Source: an uncultured Gammaproteobacteria bacterium (lineage in GTDB: Bacteria; Patescibacteriota; Microgenomatia; UBA10105; UBA927). Taken from it: a stretch of 64,000 nucleotides of DNA. This document shows positions 1 through 10,189 of this stretch, in pieces (the first letter of the stretch is position 1; every line of letters begins with the position of its first letter). The notes beneath the pieces were generated by a model. The model was not told the DNA's origin and did no database searches. It saw nothing but the letters and a program-made list of their open reading frames with translations. The DNA lies in assembly GCA_964573695.1 (NCBI GenBank), contig CAZNKB010000006.1, positions 8,879 through 72,878 of the forward strand. The letters run 5' to 3'. The position numbers and the translations under genes are program-made.

Positions 1-377
1 ATAAAATATGAAACGAGACCCAAGCTCATGAGCCCGACAAACACGGGTGCGATACCAATGGCAGCACGTCGGATCGGATCAGATTGGGCGATAGCCACAC
101 TTCCGGTGCGGACGCCTGCCTGCGCAGGCAGGTTTTTTTCTTCCAACCCCTCGGGGACCAATGTGAGGCCGCCGGTATGCACGCCGAGAATTTCTGCAGT
201 AAACAAATGCGCAAGCTCATGGATCACCGTGCCGGGAAAATAAAGAAACGACAGAAATGCTATGGCGACTGATCGGGATTTCGTGAGCAAAAACCATACA
301 ATATAGAGGTTTTGAGAAAGCTTTCTAGACAATAGATACAATGTGAGAATTTCTAAAGCGATAAAAATAAGTGCCAT
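1..377 (-). CDS. Membrane zinc metalloprotease, HExxH in a TM helix (S2P/M50-like). Partial: the C-terminus runs off the window start.
   Basis: Minus-frame translation gives MALIFIALEILTLYLLSRKLSQNLYIVWFLL...YFPGTVIHELAHLFTAEILGVHTGG...GIAPVFVGLMSLGLVSYF with no stop before position 1. Start is the ATG at 375-377, or an upstream GTG/TTG. The + ORFs at 28-243 and 84-272 are its antisense. Confidence 0.45.
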   Translation of the reverse strand, partial: MALIFIALEILTLYLLSRKLSQNLYIVWFLLTKSRSVAIAFLSFLYFPGTVIHELAHLFTAEILGVHTGGLTLVPEGLEEKNLPAQAGVRTGSVAIAQSDPIRRAAIGIAPVFVGLMSLGLVSYF

Positions 378-443
378 ACCCACAGTATAACAATTGACAT
401 CGTTGGGGGCGATACGGTATATACAAAGCAACCATTATCACCT

Positions 444-743
444 ATGCGTATTATCGTTTCGCCGCCACAACGGCTACACAGGGGACTTGGACTGCGCGTC
501 GCGACAGAGACGTCTCCCGGTTGGCCCCGCCGCAACAGAAGCCGTTGGGAGATCGAGTTAGCCGAGGGGAATACGGGAACCGCTGCACTTTTTGATAAGG
601 GACAACCAATGCGTGATCATATGCATATTCTGGTTATTCGTGACGGACGTCTGTTTGTCGACGGTGTGTCCGTTGTGTTGGCGCCGGATCATGAATTATC
701 AGACGGCATCCGTTTATCAAGTCCGCGGTTCGGTGGGAAATAA
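444..743 (+). CDS. hypothetical protein
   Basis: 99 aa ORF divergent from the protease gene. No recognisable motifs. Confidence 0.25.
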   Translation: MRIIVSPPQRLHRGLGLRVATETSPGWPRRNRSRWEIELAEGNTGTAALFDKGQPMRDHMHILVIRDGRLFVDGVSVVLAPDHELSDGIRLSSPRFGGK

Positions 744-773
744 ACGACCATTGATCGGGTATCAGCGTTTCAT

Positions 774-1115
774 ATGTTGAGAACAAGAAGCATCACATTT
801 ACCTTGCCTTTGTTATATCGGGGCGCCGGTTTGGAAATACGCGCGACGACACAGCGCCATGAGGGTAAACCCTGGTGGCCCAAAGACGGAAGCACCCGTG
901 GAGTAACCGTGGTCGTGCTTGACGGGAGCACACCCCGTGTCGTTGATTTTGCCATGTTTCATAATGATCACGAGATTATGGGTGGCCACGTGGTGGTTGA
1001 AAACGGTCAAGTGATGAGTCGCGGCAGGAGGATATTACCCTGGATAGGCGACCGATCACTATTTGACGTAAATATCATCCCCGCTTTTTCCCGAAAAGAA
1101 GCTGCAGTTGTCTAA
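774..1115 (+). CDS. hypothetical protein
   Basis: 113 aa ORF in the same frame as 444-743, separated by one stop codon. No motifs. Confidence 0.3.
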   Translation: MLRTRSITFTLPLLYRGAGLEIRATTQRHEGKPWWPKDGSTRGVTVVVLDGSTPRVVDFAMFHNDHEIMGGHVVVENGQVMSRGRRILPWIGDRSLFDVNIIPAFSRKEAAVV

Positions 1116-2002
1116 TGGTGTCCGCCGCCTTGCTCGCCGCCGGTAGCCAACTGGCTCACGAACATAATTGCGAGTGCTCCGTACATGACTCCCATCATGG
1201 CCTGCTCTTTAAATCCCGGCGCCGGTTCTGTCATACTACTTGCGGCAGAGCCAAAAATTTCTTCGGCTTTTTTCATGTTTTCGTCGGTTTTCGGGATACC
1301 GGCCAAATCGAGCATGACGCCGGGTGTGGGAGTGAGCCGCGTAAATCCGTCTACACCGGTCAATTCTTTCCAGGTCATGGACGCCAGATCGTCATTGGTT
1401 TGCAGGAGCTGTGCGACGGTTTCTGTCGCTTCCCGCTTTCCGGTCCGGATCTGATCGATAACTTGAGGCGGTACAGGAGCATCAGGATGCGTCTCATTAT
1501 AGCGGGTAATCAGTGGTAATGCGGAGCTTTCTTCGGGTTTGGGTTCCGGAATATTCAGGGCTTTGATTTTTTCCTGTAATTGGGTAATTTGAGCTGCCTG
1601 CTCAGGAGGGAATGTTTGTATATCGATAGCCTGTAGACTGCGGAGCGCATCAAGACGGACCTCATTCCCAAGCGGCGTATCAGCGGCCTGGGTGGCGAGC
1701 GACGTCATAAGTAAACGCATGTCCCGCAGTTCCAATAGCAGGGTATTTGCCTCGGAAAGCAGCGCGGAAACGGTTTCACGGCTCGGAGTATTTTCATGTG
1801 CTTTCGCCGCTTCTGCTACAGGAGTACCCGCGGCTATGTCTTCGAGCGTTGCCCTGGCGGAGCCCGGTTCAGCAGTGATTGGTTTTTCGGCCGTTGTCGG
1901 CTGGTCTTTGGGTTGTTCTTTTGGGGCAACGGGAGCGGATTGTTTTGTTTCGGGTGCGGGAGGAGCTTTCGGCGCTTCTGGTGTGTGCGATGGTTCCATC
2001 AT
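1112..2002 (-). CDS. hypothetical protein with a Pro/Ala/Glu-rich N-terminal region and a C-terminal TM anchor
   Basis: 296 aa. N-terminal PEAPKAPPAPETKQSAPVAPKEQPK low-complexity stretch, C-terminal hydrophobic GVMYGALAIMFVSQLATGG. Confidence 0.5.
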   Translation of the reverse strand: MMEPSHTPEAPKAPPAPETKQSAPVAPKEQPKDQPTTAEKPITAEPGSARATLEDIAAGTPVAEAAKAHENTPSRETVSALLSEANTLLLELRDMRLLMTSLATQAADTPLGNEVRLDALRSLQAIDIQTFPPEQAAQITQLQEKIKALNIPEPKPEESSALPLITRYNETHPDAPVPPQVIDQIRTGKREATETVAQLLQTNDDLASMTWKELTGVDGFTRLTPTPGVMLDLAGIPKTDENMKKAEEIFGSAASSMTEPAPGFKEQAMMGVMYGALAIMFVSQLATGGEQGGGHH

Positions 2003-2076
2003 ATATATAAGTATAGGCAGAGTCTCATGGGTTTCGTCAAGCTGCGGGCACGTTTCCTCTATATTGTGTCAAGGAC

Positions 2077-3729
2077 ATGCGATATGATCAACGTATGGAA
2101 CGCGCGAGTAGTGCTGCGGGAGTCGTTGGTGGCAAAGAACCGCTTATAAAGCGTGTGTGGTACGGTGTCGGAAAATTTGCCGAGAGTCAGGGTCCCGAGG
2201 CGTGGGAAAAGCGTCTGACGGGGATTATACGGGCGAAAATTCTCCCCAATCTTTCTCCGACTCAGCAAGAGTGGGCAGCGAAACACCAAGAGGCGATACG
2301 GGATGCGTGTGCGTATGTGGGTGCTGGGATTACCACCGCTGAAATTGTTGGCGGTGTTATCGTGCTCGAAAAACTAACGCATGTCCGGGAATTGTTTTTT
2401 GGATTACCCGCCCCAAAAACCGTACCGATTGAGCGCGTCATACATACAAAAAATAACGTGATAGATCCTGTAGGCGTACTGGTCAAAAGTGTGGATCATA
2501 TGCCCAAAGGTCTTTTGTCGTATCTGCGTCAGGTGGTGAGAGCGGGTGAACACAGCGGGCTTGATACCTTCGGCCAATTAGGGTTAGCGGCTACGCTGTT
2601 GACGATATTTACCAACAAGGCGAACCCCGAATATAGAGAGCTATTTGCAGAGCTTTTGGGGAGCGCAGGGGTAGAGGATATTGCGGAATTGGAACCAGGC
2701 ATCAAAAAATTATTTGCGCGTGCGTATGGTGACACCGCAAGACAATTCCGTTTCGATCCGAATCTATTAGAACCGGATACGCTCTACGCCCATTGGATGC
2801 AGGAAAATGCTCCAGGAGCAAGGCGTGTGTTGCAGGTTTCCGGCATCCCTGCAGGACGGGCCAAACATCTTGTGGGACTCATGCGGGAAAGCATGCATCC
2901 GCGGGCTGTTTCATCCATTGTTGAGGCGCAGGAAATATCACAAACACACGGGGAACTGCCTGGCTTTAATTTTGTCCTCAAAAAAATGCTCGATGTGCCT
3001 CCGCCTGTAGAGGTATTTCAGGAGATGCGTGATGCAGTGCGTTTGTTATCTCGGGAGGGTAATGGTGTTACCAGAACTCAGCGACGGGACATAGAACGCC
3101 GTATCGCGAGTCTATGGGCAGATCACGCTATGCCGAATTTAGCAAAACGGCCGCTGGCCCGCGCTGCGTTTTTGGCGCAACTTGAAGAGGAGGGATTTCC
3201 CGGTATGCCGCGTCCGACAGTACAAAGTCTGCAGCAATATCTCGCGCGTGAATATCTGCCGGTGTCACGCAGTCAGCGGGTAATTGATAGTTTGCGTGAT
3301 GATTTGCCACATATTGATACAGTTATAAAGCACCATACCAGGAGCCATGCTACCGAAAAACCCGTAAGGCAGGATGCTGTTCGAAAAAGCATATCTGCTC
3401 ACGAGATGACTGAGCAGGAAGAGCGCTCACGTCTACAGTCGCTTCGTCAGCGGGAATATAACGAATATATCCGGCAACTTAAATCCGCAGTGCGAAAAAT
3501 CAAGCGCGAGGAAAGAAAAGCGATTGTCGCAGATATAGACGCCCGGCTGGCTCCCGAACGGGAACGGGCGAGAAAAATAAGCCACATTCATGAGGTTACA
3601 AGGGAAACGCCCGGCAGGATAAAAGCAGTGGTGAAGCGGGTCGAGGCGCTTCGGGCCCGTATAAAGCTACGCAGGGAGCTCAAGGAGAAAGCGAAGGCGG
3701 CAAAACAAACAAAGCCCGTTGCGTCGTAA
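2077..3729 (+). CDS. hypothetical protein with a highly charged coiled-coil-like C-terminus
   Basis: 550 aa ORF with an ATG start. C-terminal ~150 aa are rich in R/E/K (EERSRLQSLRQREYNEYIRQLKSAVRKIKREERK...). Confidence 0.55.
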   Translation: MRYDQRMERASSAAGVVGGKEPLIKRVWYGVGKFAESQGPEAWEKRLTGIIRAKILPNLSPTQQEWAAKHQEAIRDACAYVGAGITTAEIVGGVIVLEKLTHVRELFFGLPAPKTVPIERVIHTKNNVIDPVGVLVKSVDHMPKGLLSYLRQVVRAGEHSGLDTFGQLGLAATLLTIFTNKANPEYRELFAELLGSAGVEDIAELEPGIKKLFARAYGDTARQFRFDPNLLEPDTLYAHWMQENAPGARRVLQVSGIPAGRAKHLVGLMRESMHPRAVSSIVEAQEISQTHGELPGFNFVLKKMLDVPPPVEVFQEMRDAVRLLSREGNGVTRTQRRDIERRIASLWADHAMPNLAKRPLARAAFLAQLEEEGFPGMPRPTVQSLQQYLAREYLPVSRSQRVIDSLRDDLPHIDTVIKHHTRSHATEKPVRQDAVRKSISAHEMTEQEERSRLQSLRQREYNEYIRQLKSAVRKIKREERKAIVADIDARLAPERERARKISHIHEVTRETPGRIKAVVKRVEALRARIKLRRELKEKAKAAKQTKPVAS

Positions 3730-3755
3730 CTTCCTCTCGTTCATACTAAACGTAT

Positions 3756-4307
3756 ATGGATTACAAACAATTGTGGGATAGGTGGGTGGCATTGACGTTG
3801 CTTTCAGAAGAAGACCGTACGGACATGGTTGAACGGCTCCACGAAGAGGTGACCAGTGGTGTAACCGCCCTTGCTACTCTTGCCAACGCTCAGGTTGCCA
3901 AAATACTCGCAGACGTCAAATACGAGAAAGCAGACGAGTACCTCAAGGCAATTGCGCCTGTTACCGCCCTTGCTGCACTCGACGGATATTTTCTGTCACT
4001 CATGGAGCATGGAGTAAATCCGCAAACGGCGGCTTTGTCCTCAGTATCAGCTACCAAAGGGCTGGGGGAGCGTTGGAACCGAGGACACAAGAAAGATCAG
4101 AATAAATCGTATATCACGGCAATCGATCCGATTCTCGTACTTATGTTGGAGCGGATTTATGACTTACGGGTCAACCAAACGCTTTCGTTTCATCCGGAAA
4201 TTGTCAACCTCGCCTACAAAATCACGGAGAAGATACATCAGTATCTGGGTTGGGCCGTCTATCAGGGGTATGTGATCGGGGTTATGGAACGGGAATTATC
4301 CGGTTGA
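3756..4307 (+). CDS. hypothetical protein
   Basis: 183 aa ORF, 26 nt downstream of the previous gene on the same strand. Confidence 0.5.
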   Translation: MDYKQLWDRWVALTLLSEEDRTDMVERLHEEVTSGVTALATLANAQVAKILADVKYEKADEYLKAIAPVTALAALDGYFLSLMEHGVNPQTAALSSVSATKGLGERWNRGHKKDQNKSYITAIDPILVLMLERIYDLRVNQTLSFHPEIVNLAYKITEKIHQYLGWAVYQGYVIGVMERELSG

Positions 4308-4347
4308 CCTATAAAGGCTTAAGGCCCTGCACCATACTTATATAACC

Positions 4348-5535
4348 ATGCCGGAACACATTATCGGGGCAAACCCCAAGGACATAGCTCATCATCACAA
4401 GACCAAAGAAGGATCGCTTACGTTTTCATATCACAAGCGTGACATTGTCGCCAATACAATAGGACATGTTCTTGCAGTTCCTACCACGCATACGCTGTTG
4501 TGGACCTGGGGGAGCGCGTTTCAGAATCCTTCCCGGGAGCTTGTGACAAAACTATACGATCGGTACAAGGATGTTCCCTGGAAAGGGGATGTATTGGTTC
4601 GCATCGGACATACGTCATTATTCGGTGATATAAAGCGTATGCTCGCCGCAAACGAAAAAGTTCGTGGCAGACCCTGGAATATCAAAGATCCGATAGGAAG
4701 AACCATAGAATACGCCGGCAAACTCGGAGCGGTCATTCTGATGTTGCCGGGTATGATCAAGAATAAATTTGTCCGGGCCGATTATTACAATCCGTTTAGT
4801 AACACTGCAAATATTTATCACCCCAAACTCGCTCCCGGTATGCATGAGTTAGGGCACGCGGAATTTTTTAACCAAATGGAAAACAAGAAACGCGCGGCAT
4901 ACTATATCGGCATCGTTAATCCGATTGTCACTATTCCGTTTTTTCGGTCGTTTTATGAGTATCAGGCAACGGCCATTGCCATGAAGCGGTTCAAAGGCGA
5001 TGCGGAGCGCCGACAGGGGCTCAAGATTCTGGAAGGCGCGTGGGCTACGTATTTAGCTTTGGATACGCTTATTGTCGGTGCAGCAGTCGCTCCTGCACTC
5101 GCTATACCGCTACTTAAGGCCGCATGGAGTATTCCGTTCACGTTACCCCTGGGACAGGACGTTGTGCTCAAAGCATTGCTAAAGATCGGTATGGCCCCGT
5201 ATGGAGCATCTGTCGGAGGACATTTGATGAACAGGTTGTATCCCAAAAAAGACCAACGGTTCGGCTATATATTTTCCGGCGAAGCCGGATCCCGCTTCGC
5301 GGGAGAGGGCAAAGAGCGCACTATTATACAAAGGGAACTGAAGACCGTGTCTAAACCTGAACCAAAGCCTCCCATACGGAGAACATTATCCGCGCATCAG
5401 GTGTTGACTGCGACCGCAAAAGCGCCTGCTTTGAAGCGGGACAATAATGATCTTCTTAATCGTCAATTTAGTTTTGTTGGGGAGCGAAATGGGAAGCGCC
5501 CGCTTCATAGCAATACGCACCGTGTTACCTTCTAG
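4348..5535 (+). CDS. hypothetical protein with a hydrophobic central segment
   Basis: 395 aa. Ends in PLHSNTHRVTF, and this tail is shared with the next ORF. Confidence 0.55.
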   Translation: MPEHIIGANPKDIAHHHKTKEGSLTFSYHKRDIVANTIGHVLAVPTTHTLLWTWGSAFQNPSRELVTKLYDRYKDVPWKGDVLVRIGHTSLFGDIKRMLAANEKVRGRPWNIKDPIGRTIEYAGKLGAVILMLPGMIKNKFVRADYYNPFSNTANIYHPKLAPGMHELGHAEFFNQMENKKRAAYYIGIVNPIVTIPFFRSFYEYQATAIAMKRFKGDAERRQGLKILEGAWATYLALDTLIVGAAVAPALAIPLLKAAWSIPFTLPLGQDVVLKALLKIGMAPYGASVGGHLMNRLYPKKDQRFGYIFSGEAGSRFAGEGKERTIIQRELKTVSKPEPKPPIRRTLSAHQVLTATAKAPALKRDNNDLLNRQFSFVGERNGKRPLHSNTHRVTF

Positions 5536-5617
5536 CCCGTTAGGACAATATTATTGGCGACCTCACTTGCAATACCCGTAAATATTTGCATACAATTATA
5601 GTTTCCTGCCAAAAATC

Positions 5618-5866
5618 ATGACAACCCAAGAAACAGGCCAGTTCGCCGCCGCACAACCAGAGCCCCTTCAGGATCCGAAGGAAACCCCTCCTGAAGCTCA
5701 CGAAGGACAAATGACCACAGATCAGGTCGGTCCCAAAGAAACGAAAATTGTCATGGAGGTTGTGGACATGCGGATTGAATTCATCCAAAAACGCAAGCAC
5801 GAACGCACTATGGAACGCACGTTACGCTGGCCTATCCATAGCAACACCCCGAGAATTACTTTTTAG
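5618..5866 (+). CDS. small acidic hypothetical protein
   Basis: 82 aa, Pro/Glu-rich. Ends in PIHSNTPRITF, matching the tail of 4348-5535. 11 nt convergent overlap with 5856-8756. Confidence 0.4.
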   Translation: MTTQETGQFAAAQPEPLQDPKETPPEAHEGQMTTDQVGPKETKIVMEVVDMRIEFIQKRKHERTMERTLRWPIHSNTPRITF

Positions 5867-8756
5867 CCCGCCATACAATTATCCCGGGGATAATCAGGGC
5901 AAGAAATCCCAGATATTCCAAAGCTTGCGGGATGAACACGATGATAATTTTTTTGTCTGTCTGGTTAATCCTCCAGCCGTTCGCCCAATTATTGACGAGC
6001 ATGTGATTTTGCAGTGGTACCAGGTCGGTGGTGAATGCCCGCCAGCCAGGATCAAAAGATTGACTGAGTGTCAGCAGACTTTCTTTGTTCTTAGGAGTCA
6101 AATCTACAAAGTAGAGGCTGCTTATCGGGTGGGATACCCGGTCGGGGAGTGTCATCGTCGGTTTGTGTAGGCCGCTAAGATCAGTCAGAGGTGCCGCATC
6201 CATAGTCTGGAGCTGGACGGATAATAGATCATTGATACTTGTGTACTGATTATACGAAACGTTGGATAGCATAATGGTGAGCTCGACCTCTGAGGGGAAT
6301 GTGGGCGGCAGGTAAAAATAATCGTATGCAACGCCCAAATGTTTAGGAACTGTTATGTCTAGACCGGCGGGCCGGCCTTTGTTGATGACAGAAAGCATAA
6401 GCGGTTCACCGGCAATATGGCGTGAGCCAACGCCAATAACGAAAGGATTGGTCGTATTGACGTTGTCCAAGATAAAGGACTGACAAAGCTTGGTGTTTGT
6501 GGCTGTAAGGCGCAAAAGGTTTTCTGAAGCACTTCTCGAGCTGTAAGAATATGTATCTCCCGGTGTGTTTTGGCAGGGCACTGCCTCTGATATGGTCGCA
6601 GCCACGGTTGCGACACGCAAAAACGAGAGGTTTTCCAACGTTTCGCCCGACAAAGGTGTGCCTCGTTTGGAAAACTCCGTGGCGTCAGGATCGGTCAGGT
6701 CAGCGGGTGCTTGGGGATCAGAAACGTACGCAGATGTACTGGCAAATAGTTGATCCAGATCGTTGTATGGTTGTCTCTTGGGGATATTTGGCGGATTCTC
6801 TATTATAGATACGTCTGGTGTATCGAAACTGTTCCGCTCAAATACCGTAATGGGTAATAATTTTTCTGCGGAAAATGTGGTGAGCTTGGTATAGTCAGAT
6901 GCGGTTTCGAGATAGGAGCCGAAATCAAGTGACGACAAAAATCCTTTTTGGCTTCTGCAATGGGTGATATTTTGATCATAGAGTACGTATCGCACACCGT
7001 ATTTATCAAATACCCGTTCGACTCGTTCGTAATCCTGTTGTCGGAGTGCCGAGCTTAGTTCCCAGAAATAATTTTCATTATTGTGGCTCCACACGTCAAA
7101 TGCCCGCGCCATGAACGGGTGGTTGACCCCGTACCAGAGGAATCCTGATCCGAAGTATCCCCATAACTGGTTGTACCAGCCTTCTGCACAATCCTGGGGG
7201 AAGTCTGCAATTCTTCCGAACGGCAACGTATTGAGATACCGGGTAAGGAGTTGATATTGCCGCGGCATCGTAACGAATAGTTTTTGATACACGAGTTTTC
7301 CCTGCCACAGAGGAAGAGCAAAAAAGATAAGCGACGCCACACACGCAGGAACTACAATCCGGGATATGGTGTCGCGTGTTATTCGCGTCAATAGGTTTAT
7401 GAGTACGTAGAGTCCTACTCCGATAAGCAGGCTATAGTGGAAGGCCAGCCCGATGCCAAATTTTGTAAATGTTGTCCTGAATGCCTGGGTGAGTTCGGGT
7501 GAGTATGATTGGATGAGTTGTAGCCCTGTCGAAAAAGGAGGAGTGGCTATGGCGATATTGCCGAAAAAATAGAGTGATGATAGGGCAAATCCCCAAGTAA
7601 GCGGTGTACGCCGTCTACCAAGGCCTAGGAATAATCCCAAGACTGCAAGTCCAAAGAACGTATATCCGATTGCGACAATGCCGGGATTTGCGTGGTGTTC
7701 TTTCCAAGGGGCAAGAATCGCCCCTCCCAGTTCGTTGCTTTCCCATAGGAAGCTTTTGAGAAGTGCCGTATCGGCGAGCGTGCCGTATTGGATGCTTTTG
7801 GCGACGAACTGCGGTGTAGTAGTTATATTGTTATATGCATTGATATAGTCTTTGGATTGGGTCAACGTGAAGTATGCCACCGGGCCTAGCCAATAGGCAT
7901 TCACGCAGATGACACACGCCCATATGATGAGAAACGTCCGGAGGATCTTTTTTTCAAACCGGTGCAGCAAAAGGTATACGCCCGTGATGATAAGGAGTGA
8001 AACGCCGTACGAAGCAAATACTGCCGGGATAAATCCCTGGATCGAGCTTATCCCGAGTGCCATGCAAAAGAAGGCGATGCGCTTGGGTGTGACGCGTTCA
8101 AGGAGTGATAAGAGTCCATAGGTGAGCCAGGGCAGCGCTGCAAAGTGGACGGTAAACGCTTCAAGCGGGAGGTAGAACATTTGTATTGTGCCAAGGTTCG
8201 TGAGGTAGTAAATGCTCGTGACCAAGCCTATATAGGTGCCGAGATTGGCATGAAATTTTCTCGATCCGCTGCTCGCGAGTTTATTTGATGCAGAAGGTAC
8301 ATGCCGATAATCCGTCTGCATACGCTGATCAACTTCGGAGCTCGGGAAGCGATCTTCGAAAATTTCATGACTTCCTCGTACATTTTTGTGTCTCTCAAAG
8401 ATATGGTGTAATAATTTTTGACTAACCAATAGCATTCCCAAGCCCCCAAGGTAATAACAGAGGAATATGAACACACTGCGTACCAGATGTTGCGGGATAG
8501 CAATCGACAACAATCCGATAATGAGTGTGTGCGGCAGGGTCGCGGCAAAGCCATGTCCGCCGACAAGACCAGCGCCATAATATTCCTGCCAGCCGGCAGT
8601 AAGACCTCGCAAAAGGTTTAAGGGGATATTGAGTTCCGGATACAGTCCGTCCCAACCCATAAGTGACTGGTCGATAGAAAAATTGGCCGCAATAATAGTG
8701 CCCACGAAGATGTGATAGAGGATAAGTACTATGGTTTTTGGCGTCAGTTTAATCAT
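5856..8756 (-). CDS. Large polytopic membrane protein, GT-C-fold glycosyltransferase-like (YfhO/AftD-like architecture), with a large extracytoplasmic C-terminal domain and a terminal TM
   Basis: 966 aa. More than 10 predicted TM helices in the N-terminal ~600 aa, a soluble ~330 aa domain, and a final TM (LGFLALIIPGIIVW). Its start overlaps the upstream GT-C gene by 8 nt (ATGATTAA). Confidence 0.55.
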   Translation of the reverse strand: MIKLTPKTIVLILYHIFVGTIIAANFSIDQSLMGWDGLYPELNIPLNLLRGLTAGWQEYYGAGLVGGHGFAATLPHTLIIGLLSIAIPQHLVRSVFIFLCYYLGGLGMLLVSQKLLHHIFERHKNVRGSHEIFEDRFPSSEVDQRMQTDYRHVPSASNKLASSGSRKFHANLGTYIGLVTSIYYLTNLGTIQMFYLPLEAFTVHFAALPWLTYGLLSLLERVTPKRIAFFCMALGISSIQGFIPAVFASYGVSLLIITGVYLLLHRFEKKILRTFLIIWACVICVNAYWLGPVAYFTLTQSKDYINAYNNITTTPQFVAKSIQYGTLADTALLKSFLWESNELGGAILAPWKEHHANPGIVAIGYTFFGLAVLGLFLGLGRRRTPLTWGFALSSLYFFGNIAIATPPFSTGLQLIQSYSPELTQAFRTTFTKFGIGLAFHYSLLIGVGLYVLINLLTRITRDTISRIVVPACVASLIFFALPLWQGKLVYQKLFVTMPRQYQLLTRYLNTLPFGRIADFPQDCAEGWYNQLWGYFGSGFLWYGVNHPFMARAFDVWSHNNENYFWELSSALRQQDYERVERVFDKYGVRYVLYDQNITHCRSQKGFLSSLDFGSYLETASDYTKLTTFSAEKLLPITVFERNSFDTPDVSIIENPPNIPKRQPYNDLDQLFASTSAYVSDPQAPADLTDPDATEFSKRGTPLSGETLENLSFLRVATVAATISEAVPCQNTPGDTYSYSSRSASENLLRLTATNTKLCQSFILDNVNTTNPFVIGVGSRHIAGEPLMLSVINKGRPAGLDITVPKHLGVAYDYFYLPPTFPSEVELTIMLSNVSYNQYTSINDLLSVQLQTMDAAPLTDLSGLHKPTMTLPDRVSHPISSLYFVDLTPKNKESLLTLSQSFDPGWRAFTTDLVPLQNHMLVNNWANGWRINQTDKKIIIVFIPQALEYLGFLALIIPGIIVWRAKK

Positions 8757-10179
8757 AGTTTACATAAAATCCGTCTGTTTCAGGGTTGAGTATCGAGGCT
8801 TTTGATGCTGTTTGGAATGGGCCGCAGGCAGCGATCACCATGTCAATATCACGGGCAAGGACATAGGCTTTTTTGCACACTCCGTTTGTCTTGTATATGG
8901 CAGTTGTCGGATGATCCAGGTCGGTGTGATTCGTGCGGTCGGTAAATATTTCCGGAGTCGGTGAATAGATTGCTGGCCACCGATCAAGGACAAATCTGGC
9001 TATGGGTGAGTGCGTGAGTGTATCGCTAAATCTTGGAAAGATATAGTGATTAAGTGACAGAATATATATTTGGGATATCAGGGTGAGAATAAGTATTCCG
9101 GTCCAAAGTGGTTTTGGCTTGGCGTAGCGCACTGCGGCGGCGATAAGAAACGGCACCATGACAATCGCATGCCGGCTCGGTCCGAATCCCGATGTACCGT
9201 AATGCCACGCCGGGTTGGTTTGAAAGGCAAGTAGGGTTGCGAACCCTATGAGCGTAAGCCAGAGCACCTTTTTGTCGTGTCGTATGGTGGCCATTATGCT
9301 CACGATTCCTGTGATAACCAACATCGGTGCATACCAAAATACGCCTATATTGAGATCAAAAAACTGTTCAAAAAGTTTTCTGATGTGTGCGTTTTGTAGC
9401 CCAAAACCGTTTATAGTAGTCCATCCGTCTTCTAGCATTGTCCAGGGGGTAAAAGATCCGAATATGATGAAGTTATAAAGATAAGGCAATCCCGCAAGGG
9501 ACAAGGTTACTGTTGTACGTATCACGACTTTTTTGTCTACTATCCTGTGTTTTTGTAGTACTCCAAAGAGGAGCATCCCCATGGTGGTGATTATCATCGG
9601 TTGGGATTGCCAGGATGCGATAGCCGTGAGTAGTGCCGCAGGAAATATTCCTCCTTCATAAAACCAAATGAGTGAGATGAGAAGCAGCGACAGGGAAAAT
9701 ACATCCGGCCCCGGCCACCAGAGGAAAAAAATGATCGGCGAGGTAAGAGTAAGCAGGACAAACGTCATTTGGCGCGAAGGCTCCTTCATAAACCGGAGCA
9801 ATATCGTGGTAACCATTCCAAAAAAAATAAGCGTGTTGAACAGAGAAAACACATGGAATTCCGGCATACGGAGCTGCTCTAGAACCAGGCGCACGGGGAC
9901 AAGGAGCAGTGAGTATGCGACGAAGTGCACCGGATATCGGTTTCCGTCGAGCCCGGGTACATAATACCCGGGATTCGAGAAATATTCGGGATGTAGCCGT
10001 TGGGATAGAAGTGTTTGGTCTTCGGGCGTGAGGACCACGGTTCCGTGTCGTAAGACCGACTCGGTGATGCCGAAGTATTCGACAATATCGCCAGCAGGTT
10101 CGGGAGGCTGGGAGGCCAAAAATGCTCCGAAGATGAGCCCTGCAAGAAGCAGGGTAAGAGCGAGCGGGAATAATTTCAT
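8749..10179 (-). CDS. GT-C family glycosyltransferase (PMT/ArnT-like, GT39/GT83-type)
   Basis: 476 aa polytopic membrane protein. Has a signal-anchor, a first-loop acidic motif GDIVEYFGITE, multiple TM helices and a C-terminal soluble domain. Operonic with the GT4 gene upstream and the GT-C gene downstream. Confidence 0.6.
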   Translation of the reverse strand: MKLFPLALTLLLAGLIFGAFLASQPPEPAGDIVEYFGITESVLRHGTVVLTPEDQTLLSQRLHPEYFSNPGYYVPGLDGNRYPVHFVAYSLLLVPVRLVLEQLRMPEFHVFSLFNTLIFFGMVTTILLRFMKEPSRQMTFVLLTLTSPIIFFLWWPGPDVFSLSLLLISLIWFYEGGIFPAALLTAIASWQSQPMIITTMGMLLFGVLQKHRIVDKKVVIRTTVTLSLAGLPYLYNFIIFGSFTPWTMLEDGWTTINGFGLQNAHIRKLFEQFFDLNIGVFWYAPMLVITGIVSIMATIRHDKKVLWLTLIGFATLLAFQTNPAWHYGTSGFGPSRHAIVMVPFLIAAAVRYAKPKPLWTGILILTLISQIYILSLNHYIFPRFSDTLTHSPIARFVLDRWPAIYSPTPEIFTDRTNHTDLDHPTTAIYKTNGVCKKAYVLARDIDMVIAACGPFQTASKASILNPETDGFYVNYD

Positions 10180-10189
10180 AGGCAGTATT

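Noticed and set aside
28-272. Plus-strand ORFs 28-243 and 84-272 at the window start
   Set aside because: They are antisense to a much better minus-strand reading frame encoding a TM metalloprotease with a HELAH motif that runs off the window.
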